64,000 bases of DNA from NCBI RefSeq assembly GCF_054482595.1, contig NZ_CM137008.1. One strand, 5' to 3'. The notes beneath the pieces are model-generated. The model saw nothing but the letters and a program-made list of their open reading frames with translations. It was not told the DNA's origin and did not search any database. Of this stretch, positions 34,845 through 45,074 are shown piece by piece; within the stretch, counting starts at the first letter, position 1, and the number at the start of each line of letters is the position of its first letter. Made by a program: the position numbers and the translations under genes.

Positions 34845-36263
34845 TTATTTCCCCTTCCGCGCCGCCTCATACGCTGCCAACGTTTGTACTCTCGCCTCTT
34901 TGTGCTCGACTATCGGTTGCGGATAATCCAGCTTCACACCTGCTTTCTCAGCCCACTTCCACGGCTCATGCACCGATTTCCCCGGTACATTGCGCAGTTC
35001 CGGTAGCCACTGGCGGATAAACTCGCCTTCGCGGTCAAATTTCTCGCCCTGGGTTGTCGGGTTGAAAATACGAAAATACGGCGCTGCATCAGTACCCGTA
35101 GAAGCCGCCCACTGCCAGCCACCGTTATTGGCTGCCGAATCACCATCAATCAGCTGCGACATGAAATATCGCTCGCCTTCGCGCCAGTTGATCAACAAAT
35201 CTTTCACCAGAAAACTGGCTGTAATCATCCGTAGCCTGTTATGCATCCAGCCAGTGCTGTTAAGCTGACGCATGGCAGCATCGACAATCGGGTATCCCGT
35301 TTTGCCTTCCTGCCAGGCCTGTAAATGTGCGGGATTGCTCTGCCACTGCACACGATCCGTCCAGGCAATAAATGGACGATGTTTACACAACGAGGGGTGA
35401 TACGTTATCAGGTGACGGTAAAACTCGCGCCAGATCAGCTCATTAAGCCAGACACTACCGGCCCCACCGTCCAGCGCCTGCGGCTGTTCCGCCAACAGGC
35501 GATGCAAACACTGGCGAGGTGATAACCCGCCCGTTGCCAGGCTGGCGGACAAACGGCTGGTGCCTTCCACTGCCGGAAAATCTCGTTGTTGCTCATACTC
35601 TCCGGCACCGTTCTGGCAAAACTGGCGTAATTGCGCAATCGCCGCTTTTTCTTCCACCGGGAAATGCGCAGTATCGAAAGACTGACGAGGATAATTTAGC
35701 GTAATGGATGGCGCGGGCTTTATCGATCCGCTACTACGAACTTTTGGTGCAGCGACGCACTCCGGCATCCCTTCCCGCAGCCGTTTCAGCCAGGCATTCT
35801 TAAAAGGCGTAAAGACTTTGTACATCTCGTGATTGCCAGTCATCACCGCCCCCGGCGGCAGGATCACGCTGTCATCAAATCCTTCACACACCACGTTACG
35901 CAGCGCTCTTTCAACGTCCACATCCCGCGCCCGCTCATTCACCTCATACTGATAGTTATAAAAAAGATGAGTAACGCTGTTTTCCGCGCACACCTGTTTA
36001 ACTAATTCGACGCTGGCGACAAAGTCATCCACTTCACGGAACAATAAAGGAATACCTTTTTCCGCCAGCGCGATTTGTAGCCCGTTCAGTTGAGCATTGA
36101 TAAGTTCAGCCTGACGCGGCGACATATTATGCGCCGCCCACTGGCGTGGTGTAGCGATATACAACGCCAGCACGCGTGCAGACGAATTGCGGCAGGCGGC
36201 AGCCAGCGCGAGATTATCGTGCAGACGTAAATCCTGGCGAAACCAGACCAGATGGGTAGTCAT
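34845..36263 (-). CDS. phr: Deoxyribodipyrimidine photolyase
   Basis: 472 aa, MTTHLVWFRQDLRLHDNLALAAACRNSSARVLALYIATPRQWAAH... Confidence 0.96.
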   Translation of the reverse strand: MTTHLVWFRQDLRLHDNLALAAACRNSSARVLALYIATPRQWAAHNMSPRQAELINAQLNGLQIALAEKGIPLLFREVDDFVASVELVKQVCAENSVTHLFYNYQYEVNERARDVDVERALRNVVCEGFDDSVILPPGAVMTGNHEMYKVFTPFKNAWLKRLREGMPECVAAPKVRSSGSIKPAPSITLNYPRQSFDTAHFPVEEKAAIAQLRQFCQNGAGEYEQQRDFPAVEGTSRLSASLATGGLSPRQCLHRLLAEQPQALDGGAGSVWLNELIWREFYRHLITYHPSLCKHRPFIAWTDRVQWQSNPAHLQAWQEGKTGYPIVDAAMRQLNSTGWMHNRLRMITASFLVKDLLINWREGERYFMSQLIDGDSAANNGGWQWAASTGTDAAPYFRIFNPTTQGEKFDREGEFIRQWLPELRNVPGKSVHEPWKWAEKAGVKLDYPQPIVEHKEARVQTLAAYEAARKGK

Positions 36264-36769
36264 AAAACTCCTGAATGGCGCAAGTTAATCACACGCGGCC
36301 AAAGTTCGAAATAACGCTGCCCTGAAAGCCAGGCGTCAGGATAAAGCGCCATATAGTGTTTGATACGCATCAGCGGCGCAAGAAGCGGTTGCTCGCCACG
36401 GCGATAACTGTCGATAAGCGCTGCCAGCTGCTGGCGTTCTGTGGAATCAATATGCGGGCGAAAATAACCCTGAACGTGCATCAAAACGTTGGTGTGATCT
36501 CGCGGGTTGGCAGGATGAGAAAGCAAAACAATTACGCGTTGGTAGTACTGGTTGTAATAGTCATCCAGATTTTGCCACCGATGAATATCAGCCACAAACG
36601 GGCCAAGTTTGCGGTATTCCGGCTGGGAATGCGCCAGAAAGACGAGTTTATAGCGGCTGTGATAATCGAGAAGCGCCCCGCGCGTTAAGCCTCGCTCTTT
36701 AAGACGGTGTAACTCCTGCAAAGCAAAAATGCGGATAAGGGTGCTGTCATCAAATCGTTGTAGATTCAT
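36260..36769 (-). CDS. ybgA: DUF1722 protein, co-transcribed with phr
   Basis: 169 aa; 4-nt overlap with the phr start. Confidence 0.9.
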   Translation of the reverse strand: MNLQRFDDSTLIRIFALQELHRLKERGLTRGALLDYHSRYKLVFLAHSQPEYRKLGPFVADIHRWQNLDDYYNQYYQRVIVLLSHPANPRDHTNVLMHVQGYFRPHIDSTERQQLAALIDSYRRGEQPLLAPLMRIKHYMALYPDAWLSGQRYFELWPRVINLRHSGVL

Positions 36770-36942
36770 TACTGCTCCTGAACGGTTTACAGGAGTAAGT
36801 GTAGACGATGGTAAATGAATTTTGTGGGGTTATGCTTTCTTCCCTACCAAGCTGTTATATCCAGTTCAAAAACAATCATTTTACATCATCATCAAAGCAG
36901 CGAATACTTGACCGATTGGTAGTACCGCTGCATATTTCACCA

Positions 36943-37200
36943 TCAATTATATTTTATAATTTGTTGTATTGCTGACTTTATATTGCCAATGACATCCTCA
37001 TCATTAAATTCATTTAATATATTTTTTAGAATAGGATGTAGTTTAATATCACCTAAAATACCTGCCAAAATAATAACTTCATCAAAAATTATGTTTTTTT
37101 GCAGTTCATAAATTATAGCAGTTATAACACGATTATCTTTTCTTTCTGCCAGTCCGCTTATAGCTTCAATTCTGGCACAATCATTCTTATCTGTCAGCAT
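36943..37200 (-). CDS. Hypothetical 85-aa ORF with HEAT/PBS-lyase-like repeat character; possibly a gene fragment
   Basis: AT-rich ORF just downstream of the H-rpt transposase gene; repeat-like segments (ARIEAISGLAERKDNRVITAIIYELQ). Weak support. Confidence 0.3.
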   Translation of the reverse strand: MLTDKNDCARIEAISGLAERKDNRVITAIIYELQKNIIFDEVIILAGILGDIKLHPILKNILNEFNDEDVIGNIKSAIQQIIKYN

Positions 37201-37212
37201 TCCAGGGCAAGA

Positions 37213-38349
37213 TTACGAAAGCCCGCTCCCCGCAAGGACTGACGCCAGATAGTTTCTGTCCATGGCTGCTTTTCGCATCTTACGTCTTAACCCTGCCTTG
37301 AATACCTTATCATTCGTCAAAATATTAATAGCAATGTGCCGTATCCCTGAAAATAATTCTGCTGCATTTCCTCTTCTTATTTTGCAGTCGTCTTCATTCA
37401 TTACCACGTCCAGACGCCAGTGCAGCTTATTCTCCACGTGCCAGTGGTTTCGGATTGCTGTGGCGAACTTCTCTGCGGTTAAATCAGCAGAACTGATATA
37501 ATATCTGACCGTCATTTCTGGCTCTTTCTTTTGTTCTGCTATTATGGACCGAAAGGAGACTGCCACGCATAATTTCTTCAGCCCTTTCCATTCAAACGTG
37601 AAATCAATAAGTTCATCAGGGACATCGCAAACATTATGAAGACGGATCTCTTCTCTGCCGTGACTCTTTTCACTCATTGCGTAACTGTCATGCTCTGGAT
37701 TATTTAATTCTTTCAGTGGAAATTTTTCCTCAAAGGCTTTATTAAGCCGCCCCTGATTTCCTTTTACAGCGAATAAATAATCACCGCCCTGTTTTTGTAT
37801 CTTCTCTGCGATATCTTTCTGGCAACCCATCGCATCAGTTGTGATAATTTTTCCTTTAATATCCAGCATGTTAAGAAGTTCAGGGATAGCTGTAATCTCA
37901 TTAGATTTCTCATCCGTCTTGATCTGTCCGATGACCAGACTGTGCATTGTTGAGAACGCACTAATGACATGAATCGCTCCCCTGCGGCGACTCTTGTCAT
38001 AAGAGTGCCGGAGCGTTTTTCCATCAATTGCAATGACGTCTTTATCATCTGAAGAATGGCAGTCACGCATCCAGTTAATAAAGCACTCGTGAAATTTTGC
38101 AGGACTGATACAGGATACAACTCTGGCAATGGTATCGTGAACAGGAATACCATTTTCAAAATCACCATATTGCTTCAAAAAATCGAGATGTGTTTCCCCA
38201 AAATCCTCTATATCTTCCCAGCCTTCTGCACCAGAAATAACGGCACAAATAGTCAACAGTAGAATATCCGATAATTTATGCTCCACTTTCCAGGCTTGTC
38301 TGTAATCAGGGATAATAGAAATATGTTCCATCAATTTTTTAAGTTCCAT
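37213..38349 (-). mobile_element. H-rpt (H repeat-associated) element of an Rhs locus: intact 378-aa ISAs1-family transposase-like ORF
   Basis: 378 aa, [64 protein letters not shown]... matches the YhhI/H-rpt protein family; element ends not determined. Confidence 0.85.
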
Positions 38350-38987
38350 TTTGTTCTCCTTAATTATGTAAGGAGTATTTGATCATGTATAAGCAATAAA
38401 AAACAGCTTCAGGTAATGAGGAATATCTCAATTTTTAAACATAAAATGCGAATTATTTAGTACAAAAAGTGAACTTCTGATGATCTTTCCCTGTGATTGC
38501 TTCCCGTTTCCCGATACGGCGGCGCGGGGAGTCATAAAGGTAAGAAATTTCCAGCAGTACAGCGTCCTATTGTTCACGGCGGTAATGCACCAACCAGTAT
38601 TGGCTATCGTAGTGATAACCGTGTAACCTGCCGCCGCATCGCGTATCTAATGTTCATTCTTTTCCATAAACCGTCCGTACACATTGTGATAGTAAAAATA
38701 CAATACATCTTCGCTGATGCGGTTATTCTGCTGCATGTGGGGAGCGCCGAATACTGCTCCCGGTATGGCCAGTAATTACTATTTAGTACGACGTTAGGGG
38801 GAGTCACTTAATCTCACAGATACTTCAAGTAACAGATGAAAATCGCTCCTGAAATGAAAAAAGAAATTTTTTTGAATGTGTTCCTGTCAAATCAAGTGGT
38901 TTTTTCGTCGATATGTAGAGTCATATTGTACACAAAATTGTTACGAAACACACCTTGGTAAAATATTTGAATCGACTGTACAGTGGA

Positions 38988-39290
38988 TTATTTTGTGTGT
39001 ATTACATTCAACACTTGCCCATCTTTTTTCGCTATTAGTATTGTAAAATTTCCTCCTAAAGTCTTCGGTTGTTTTCCCTCGATTTTCCAACAATTATTGT
39101 CATCTGTAATACTATATGGTTTCTGAAATTCTGCTTTTTCTTTCCCGTATACATATTTAATGTAAACATATGATAATTCCAAAGCCATTTCACGACTATT
39201 TACTAAAATTTCCACTGGATTTTCTTTTCCAAATACTTGTTATGATATTGTAAACAATATCATAATAAGTAATATTAGTGAGTTTCTCAT
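38988..39290 (-). pseudogene. Small secreted-protein ORF interrupted by an in-frame TAA at codon 17 (plus-strand 39240-39242)
   Basis: From ATG (39288-39290, minus strand) the frame reads MRNSLILLIMILFTIS-TAA-QVFGKENPVEILVNSREMALELSYVYIKYVYGKEKAEFQK...HTK. A signal-peptide-like N-terminus continues in the same frame across a single stop. Confidence 0.5.
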
Positions 39291-39458
39291 GTTCTACACC
39301 TATCGAATCTCAAAAGCTGTGGGTAAAACATTACATTCAGAATATATGATATTCTTACCATCGGAATCCATTTTTCCAAATCGACCTTCTGGTGTACCTG
39401 GATATCCATTAAGAACATGTTTTTCCGAATGGTTAATTTATTCTCTCAGGAAGATGTT

Positions 39459-40028
39459 TTATTTTTCTTCACTACGAAGCAGTTCATGCTGTATTTTTGT
39501 TAAACATTCGTAAGACTCATCTTTGTTCGGGAGATGTGCTGTCATTCGAGCATAAGTTGGCTTCTCATCTTTAAAATATTTAACCATGATTGAATTATCA
39601 AGGACTGCCAACAACTGAGCTGGATCACTGCTCTTTTTTTGATAGATACCCGCTCTTATATAACTTCTAAACCGATCGCCGAGAAACGCCGTTTTTTCTG
39701 CTGTATTTATCAACTCCTGCAACGTTCCTTTGATGGCATGATTTTCATTAAGGCGTAGTGACCCGACACGAATTAAGAGTCTCGCCCCGCTTGATGTGAA
39801 TTTATTATTTTTACATGTACCCAGTTCTGTTTGCCAATAATACTCACCGATGTCCTCATTCTGATACCATCTCCACATGGCTTTATTATTTAAGACAGGA
39901 AACGCGGAAAAAATAGTACCCTTAGCGAAAATAGTAAAACAATCATGATCTTTAGCTTGTATTTCGCAATCAGCTATAACACCAAAATTAACAAATATCA
40001 TCAGCAAAAAGAACAAAACTCTTTTCAT
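39459..40028 (-). CDS. Putative Rhs immunity protein (periplasmic; signal peptide)
   Basis: 189 aa, [19 protein letters not shown]|DCEIQ...; its ATG overlaps the rhs stop (ATGA); AT-rich like the Rhs C-terminal tip. It may correspond to K-12 ybfC, but this was not verified. Confidence 0.65.
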   Translation of the reverse strand: MKRVLFFLLMIFVNFGVIADCEIQAKDHDCFTIFAKGTIFSAFPVLNNKAMWRWYQNEDIGEYYWQTELGTCKNNKFTSSGARLLIRVGSLRLNENHAIKGTLQELINTAEKTAFLGDRFRSYIRAGIYQKKSSDPAQLLAVLDNSIMVKYFKDEKPTYARMTAHLPNKDESYECLTKIQHELLRSEEK

Positions 40029-43000
40029 TTTCTTATTCCTCTCGATGTTCTCTGTTTCATTTTAGCTAAAATTTCACCCAAATCATCTATCCCTGCTGTT
40101 GCTGGCCCATCGGGTTTATTAATGTCTGGGAATAAATAGGGTTCTGCACAAGTATATCCTGGTGGTAATTGAGTTGTTGGCCAATTTGTCTGTGGCAGGT
40201 AATCACTTGCTGTCTTTGTATCCATCCCTGGATACTGGGGATCATCCTGTGGCGTACAAGTCAGATTTGGTTTTACCCACTTCCTGCAATACAGTGTGTA
40301 GTCGTAAGGGCTTAATGCTCTGAAGAATGTTTTGAAAACATTAGGCGCACTACTGGCCTGGTCAATAGGATATGGCAGTCTTAATTGTTTCGCTATGTCT
40401 GGCAATTTACTTGGATCGGGCGTAGGCGGTTTGTTGGGTCTCGCTCCATATCCGCCATTATTTAAGTGTCCATATTTTGATGCCAGTCCCATTGAATCTA
40501 TATACTGAACCGGATTCAACGGATACTGATAAAAATTCCATCCCCCCTTCAGTCCAATCGGATCCTGAGTGATATACCTCCCCTGCAGCGGGTCATAATA
40601 GCGGTGGCGGTTGTAATACAGGCCGGACTCCTCATCATACTGCTGACCCGGCAGGCGGATGAGCTGCTGCAGCTGGTGCGGGTTCTCTTCATTCAGCTGG
40701 TTACCCCATTCATCGTATTCTGCGTACCACGCTGTTGTCCCTTCCGTGCTGATAAGCGCCAGCGGCAGGCCGCGATGGTCGCAGTGGTACAGGTGGATTT
40801 TTCGCGCCGGCGTGTACACCGGGTCCATCTGGTTTTGCATCTGCTTCACCGTCAGGCCGCACGATGCCAGCCAGCGGCGGCTTTCCTCACTCACCCGGTC
40901 AGCCAGGATTTCACTTTCCAGCCGGTCGAGCATCTGCACCAGCACCGGCGGGAACACCACACTGCCACCGTCTTCACCGCCGGACTGCTGAAGGGCATCC
41001 GCCAGGCTGCGGCGCTGCGTTCTGGCCAGTTCACCGGTGGCAGTTTCAACTCTGATGAGTGGTGTGAAGCTCCCCGGCTGATAAATCGTCTGGATGCGGG
41101 TTCTGTCGTTCTGTATCGTGGTCAGGCGGTCGCCATCCCAGCCGTACCAGGTCACTTGCGGTTTCCGTGACAGCGACATCCAGCCCGTCAGGTCCCGTTC
41201 ACGTCGCCATACCCGTTTTGCCACCCTGCGGCCCAGCGGGTCGTAAAGATAGCGGCTTTCGACCAGCGGCTCTGCATATTGTGTCCGCGTGTAGTGCACC
41301 AGCCGGTGCTGACTGTCGTAATGGTACCGGTGGGTGCGCTCATCATCCGTGCGGATAACCCCTTCCGGGATGAGGTCGGTTTTCTCTGTCAGTCTGCCGT
41401 GACGGTCATACCGGTAAAGATAGTGCGCGTCACGGGCGATACGGTTATCCGGCCACATGCTGAGGGTGCTGTCCGGGTGCAGCTCCGGGTCGGGCAGGCG
41501 GTTACCTGCCGGGTCCGTGGCATACGGGATGCGGATATCAAGGTTCGCTGCCGTGGTGTGAACGCCGGTCAGCCTGCCGGAGTCGCTGTAGCTGTAACTC
41601 CGGGTATGGCGCGGGCTGCTGATGCGGATGAGTTCGCCGTTGTCGTTCCAGGTGTAATCGCGGTCAGACTGCAGGCTGTTCAGGTGCTGGCTCTGTAACT
41701 GCCCGGCAGGGGTATAAGCGGTGGTGAGTTCATAATGGCCGAAGCTGCGCAGCGTTTCCCGGTGCAGGCGGTCGCGGGTGAAATCCACCAGCGGTGTGTC
41801 GCCGAGCTTCATGCCTGACAGCCAGCCGCTGCCGTAGGTCAGCCATTCCACGGCGGGCAGGCTGTCCGGTATACAGCGGTTCGCCAGCCCCTGCGCGTTG
41901 TAAGCGTGTCTGGTCTCATGCTGCCAGAGCAGTGCTTCCGTCTGCGGGTGATGCACCGTCTGACGCTCACCGGTCAGGCGGCCTTTCTCATCATACCTGT
42001 AATGCACCGCTACCCGGTGCCCTTCGCTGATATGGCTGATGTCTGTCAGCCAGCCACGTTCGTCATACCGCCACCGCTCTGCGGTTTCACCCTTCACGGT
42101 GCGGTGCGTGAGGCGGTCTGCTTCGTCATAGTGCCAGTGGGTGACCAGACCCTCATCCTCGCTGCGGATAAGTTTGCCGGTCAGGTCGTGGTGATAATGC
42201 TGTGTGCGGCCGTCAAAGCCGGTTTCCTGTATCAGCCGGTCGAGTACATCGTAACGGAAGGTGGTGTGGCTGCCGTTTTCACTGGTCAGGCGGATGACCC
42301 GTCCGGCAGCATCGTATTCCATACTGCGCGTCAGACCGCCCTGCGTGGTACGGATGGCCTTTCCCCACGCATCGTACTGTGTCCCGTTTCTGCTGCCGTC
42401 CGGAGCAATGACGGCGGTCAGGTCACCGGCGGCGTTGTATTCATACCGCATTTCATGGCCCTGCATGTCTTTCACGGCAATTAACCGTCCACGGCTGTCG
42501 TATGCGCGGTACTGACTCAGCCCTTCCTCGCGGTGCACCGCCGTCATCTGCCCGAAACGGTCATGGTCATAACGGGTTACATAACCGGAACAGTCGGTGA
42601 AGCTCAGCAACTGGCCGTAACGGCTCCACGTCATGGTTTTCCGGCTGCCGGTGGCATCGTCCGTTGCGCAGGGTAAGTCACTGTGTGGATTATCATAACG
42701 GTAGCGGGTGATATCGCCGTCAGGGGCGGTTTCCTGAATCAGACGGCCGGATTCATCATATTCCCGGCGCATTTCCAGCCCGTCAGGCCCGGTGGCTGAC
42801 GTTAACTGGCTGTGGTGGTTATAGTAAAATGCCGATGCCCTGCCATCCGGTGTGGTGATGCGCGTGATGAGTCCCGTCACCACATCCGGGCTGTATTCTG
42901 TTGTCCGGCCTGCGGCATCCGTCTGTGCCTTAAGCCTGCCCACCGCATCAAACTGACTCTGCGTGACGCTGCCGTCCGCGTGTTCCTTTTTCACCACCCG

Positions 43001-44224
43001 CTTCAGCCCGCCTTCGCCCTGCGTGTGCAGCACTTCACGGCGGTCCAGGCTGTCGGTGATGGTGATGCGGTTTTGCTCATAACAGTAGGTGTAGCTTAAG
43101 CCCGCCGGGTTAAGCTGCTCTGTCACCCGCCCGTCGCTGTCGTAACGGTAACGGATTTCCGGTCGGCCCGTGTGACGGTGCGCCACCATCCGGCCCCGGT
43201 ATTTATCATCGTAAGTAAAGCTGCGCACCTGTGTATTGCTGCGGTCATACACCGCCGCCAGTTCGCCGCGTGGCGTCCAGCCATAGCGCACCAGCGGCGC
43301 GGCTGGCAGGTTGTCCGGGTATTCCGGGTCGTGCGTCAGCCACACGGCAGACAGACGGATGCCGTTGTCCCGGCCATATTCGGTGTAACCCGGCAGGGTA
43401 TCAGGAAAAGCGGACGGTTCCGTCCCGCCGGAAGAGGCCTGCTGCCGGGCTTCTTCTGCCCGCTGCGCCTGCGTGGTCAGTACCAGCCGGAAGTGACGCC
43501 CGGCACCATCCGTCACGCCGGTGATTTCGCCGCTGAATTCACCGGCGGCTTCGCGGTGGAACGTCTGTGTGCGCCCGAAGCGGTCCACCAGCCCGGTCAG
43601 TACCCGGTACGGCGGCAGCGGCGCAGGCAGCACCTCATCCGCTTCCGGCACCCGCTCACACCAGCCGAGCAGCCACCACGGCCCCTGCGGACTGTTTGTC
43701 GCCAGATAACGATGCGGACTTAAGCGGAGTTCTTCCGGCAGCGCCTGCCAGAGTGCGGCCAGCCGGTGACCTTCATCCAGTTTCGCCACGCCGCCGCGCA
43801 CCAGCCACAGTGACTCGCTGCGGCTGTAACCGTCCTCACCGGGAAACAGGTGCTCAAAATACAGGCTTCTGCCGCCGTTATCACTGAGTATCAGTGTGTT
43901 ATCGCGCAGCTGTAAGCGGATATCCGCAGGCATTTTCCAGCCGGGGCCGAGGCTCCCCACCGGCGCGGGCGTTTTTGTCCGGTAACTGCTGTAGGTGCGG
44001 GAGAGAATGAACGGCAGCGGGGCGGGCAGGGCGATGTCGGTTTCACCGGGAAGGACCTTTGCACCGAGCAGCGGATTGACCGGATGGCCGGACGTCACCC
44101 CGCCGGGGCACACCGAACAGGCCACGCCGGTGGGGGCACCAATACGTACCCCGGCTGAACCCTGGACAATGCTACCGCCATACTGCGTCATGTCGCCCTG
44201 ACGCGCCGCCGGTTTTCCGCTCAT
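40025..44224 (-). CDS. rhsC: Rhs family protein (RhsC-type): PAAR-like N-terminus, YD-repeat shell, variable C-terminal toxin tip
   Basis: 1399 aa, [42 protein letters not shown]...; many YD/RYxYD repeats; core ends near ...[16 protein letters not shown] (40484-40498), followed by a 152-aa AT-rich tip (40028-40483). Confidence 0.93.
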   Translation of the reverse strand: MSGKPAARQGDMTQYGGSIVQGSAGVRIGAPTGVACSVCPGGVTSGHPVNPLLGAKVLPGETDIALPAPLPFILSRTYSSYRTKTPAPVGSLGPGWKMPADIRLQLRDNTLILSDNGGRSLYFEHLFPGEDGYSRSESLWLVRGGVAKLDEGHRLAALWQALPEELRLSPHRYLATNSPQGPWWLLGWCERVPEADEVLPAPLPPYRVLTGLVDRFGRTQTFHREAAGEFSGEITGVTDGAGRHFRLVLTTQAQRAEEARQQASSGGTEPSAFPDTLPGYTEYGRDNGIRLSAVWLTHDPEYPDNLPAAPLVRYGWTPRGELAAVYDRSNTQVRSFTYDDKYRGRMVAHRHTGRPEIRYRYDSDGRVTEQLNPAGLSYTYCYEQNRITITDSLDRREVLHTQGEGGLKRVVKKEHADGSVTQSQFDAVGRLKAQTDAAGRTTEYSPDVVTGLITRITTPDGRASAFYYNHHSQLTSATGPDGLEMRREYDESGRLIQETAPDGDITRYRYDNPHSDLPCATDDATGSRKTMTWSRYGQLLSFTDCSGYVTRYDHDRFGQMTAVHREEGLSQYRAYDSRGRLIAVKDMQGHEMRYEYNAAGDLTAVIAPDGSRNGTQYDAWGKAIRTTQGGLTRSMEYDAAGRVIRLTSENGSHTTFRYDVLDRLIQETGFDGRTQHYHHDLTGKLIRSEDEGLVTHWHYDEADRLTHRTVKGETAERWRYDERGWLTDISHISEGHRVAVHYRYDEKGRLTGERQTVHHPQTEALLWQHETRHAYNAQGLANRCIPDSLPAVEWLTYGSGWLSGMKLGDTPLVDFTRDRLHRETLRSFGHYELTTAYTPAGQLQSQHLNSLQSDRDYTWNDNGELIRISSPRHTRSYSYSDSGRLTGVHTTAANLDIRIPYATDPAGNRLPDPELHPDSTLSMWPDNRIARDAHYLYRYDRHGRLTEKTDLIPEGVIRTDDERTHRYHYDSQHRLVHYTRTQYAEPLVESRYLYDPLGRRVAKRVWRRERDLTGWMSLSRKPQVTWYGWDGDRLTTIQNDRTRIQTIYQPGSFTPLIRVETATGELARTQRRSLADALQQSGGEDGGSVVFPPVLVQMLDRLESEILADRVSEESRRWLASCGLTVKQMQNQMDPVYTPARKIHLYHCDHRGLPLALISTEGTTAWYAEYDEWGNQLNEENPHQLQQLIRLPGQQYDEESGLYYNRHRYYDPLQGRYITQDPIGLKGGWNFYQYPLNPVQYIDSMGLASKYGHLNNGGYGARPNKPPTPDPSKLPDIAKQLRLPYPIDQASSAPNVFKTFFRALSPYDYTLYCRKWVKPNLTCTPQDDPQYPGMDTKTASDYLPQTNWPTTQLPPGYTCAEPYLFPDINKPDGPATAGIDDLGEILAKMKQRTSRGIRK

Positions 44225-44466
44225 CTGCTCATCCTTGTATTATCGGGTTATTTGTCCGCTGACAGGCAAAACCCTACAGATTTATAAGAAAGCCTTAAGT
44301 GAGATATCCGTCAGATAGAAACAATTAGGAAAATATTTATATATATTTCATGAATATATGTTTCGATTGGTATAACGGTGTCTAAATATTCCTCTGAACA
44401 TCTTCCTGATACAAAAAACCGCCAGCGTTTCCGCTGGCGGTTTTCAATGTATTCAGAACTCAGCAA

Positions 44467-44673
44467 TCAATAAAAATCACCGGTTGCCTTTTCGGCCTGA
44501 TCCATCCACACCGGTTTATCGCTGGTTTTCGACCAGACGCGATGCAGGTAGCTGTAAAAGCGGGCGCGGTCTTTCCAGAAAAGCATGAAAGGCAGCGCCA
44601 GAACGCCCGCTGCAACCGCATAAGTACGGCGTAAAAAGATAAGCCATGCTGGATATTCTCTGTAGAGTTCCAT
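44467..44673 (-). CDS. ybfA: DUF2517 small protein
   Basis: 68 aa, [68 protein letters not shown]. Confidence 0.9.
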
Positions 44674-44885
44674 ACTTTTCTCCCCCTTTTGTATCTACCC
44701 GGTGAATGGCACCGGAAAATGAATTTGTTTATCTGATGAAAATAGTACCGCCTTTTGTGTAATTTTACTACTCATCCGACCACTTATTTTTGCTTATTGA
44801 TGGTTTATTTACATTCACCCTGTAATTAAGTTACACAAAAGTTAAATTAATACTAAACATTAGTTAAATCATGGCTTTTGCCATT

Positions 44886-44908
44886 TTTATACTTTTTTTA
44901 CACCCCGT
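44886..44908 (+). promoter_or_regulatory. KdpE response-regulator binding site in the kdpFABC promoter
   Basis: TTTATA-N5-TTTACA direct half-sites within catttttatactttttttacaccccg, about 80-100 nt upstream of kdpF; matches the KdpE operator as I recall it. Confidence 0.65.
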
Positions 44909-44984
44909 CCGCAGATTTTTGCGAAATCTTTGCAGCCAGAATTCTACCCTTCCGGTATCACTTTTAGGCCACTGGAGGTGCACT

Positions 44985-45074
44985 GTGAGTGCAGGCGTGA
45001 TAACCGGCGTATTGCTGGTGTTTTTATTACTGGGTTATCTGGTTTATGCCCTGATCAATGCGGAGGCGTTCTGA
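44985..45074 (+). CDS. kdpF: K+-transporting ATPase small subunit KdpF
   Basis: 29 codons from a GTG start: (M)[28 protein letters not shown]; stop overlaps the kdpA ATG (TGATG). Confidence 0.85.

Noticed and set aside
38497-38807. Overlapping 92-aa (plus) and 67-aa (minus) ORFs just upstream of the H-rpt gene
   Set aside because: They overlap each other in the 5' flank of the H-rpt element and have no RBS or recognisable similarity; possibly decayed Rhs-tip or immunity sequence, but not supportable.
44871-45074. 67-aa ORF upstream of kdpA
   Set aside because: Only the last 29 codons (kdpF, GTG start at 44985) correspond to a real gene; the upstream extension runs through the kdp promoter and KdpE operator.
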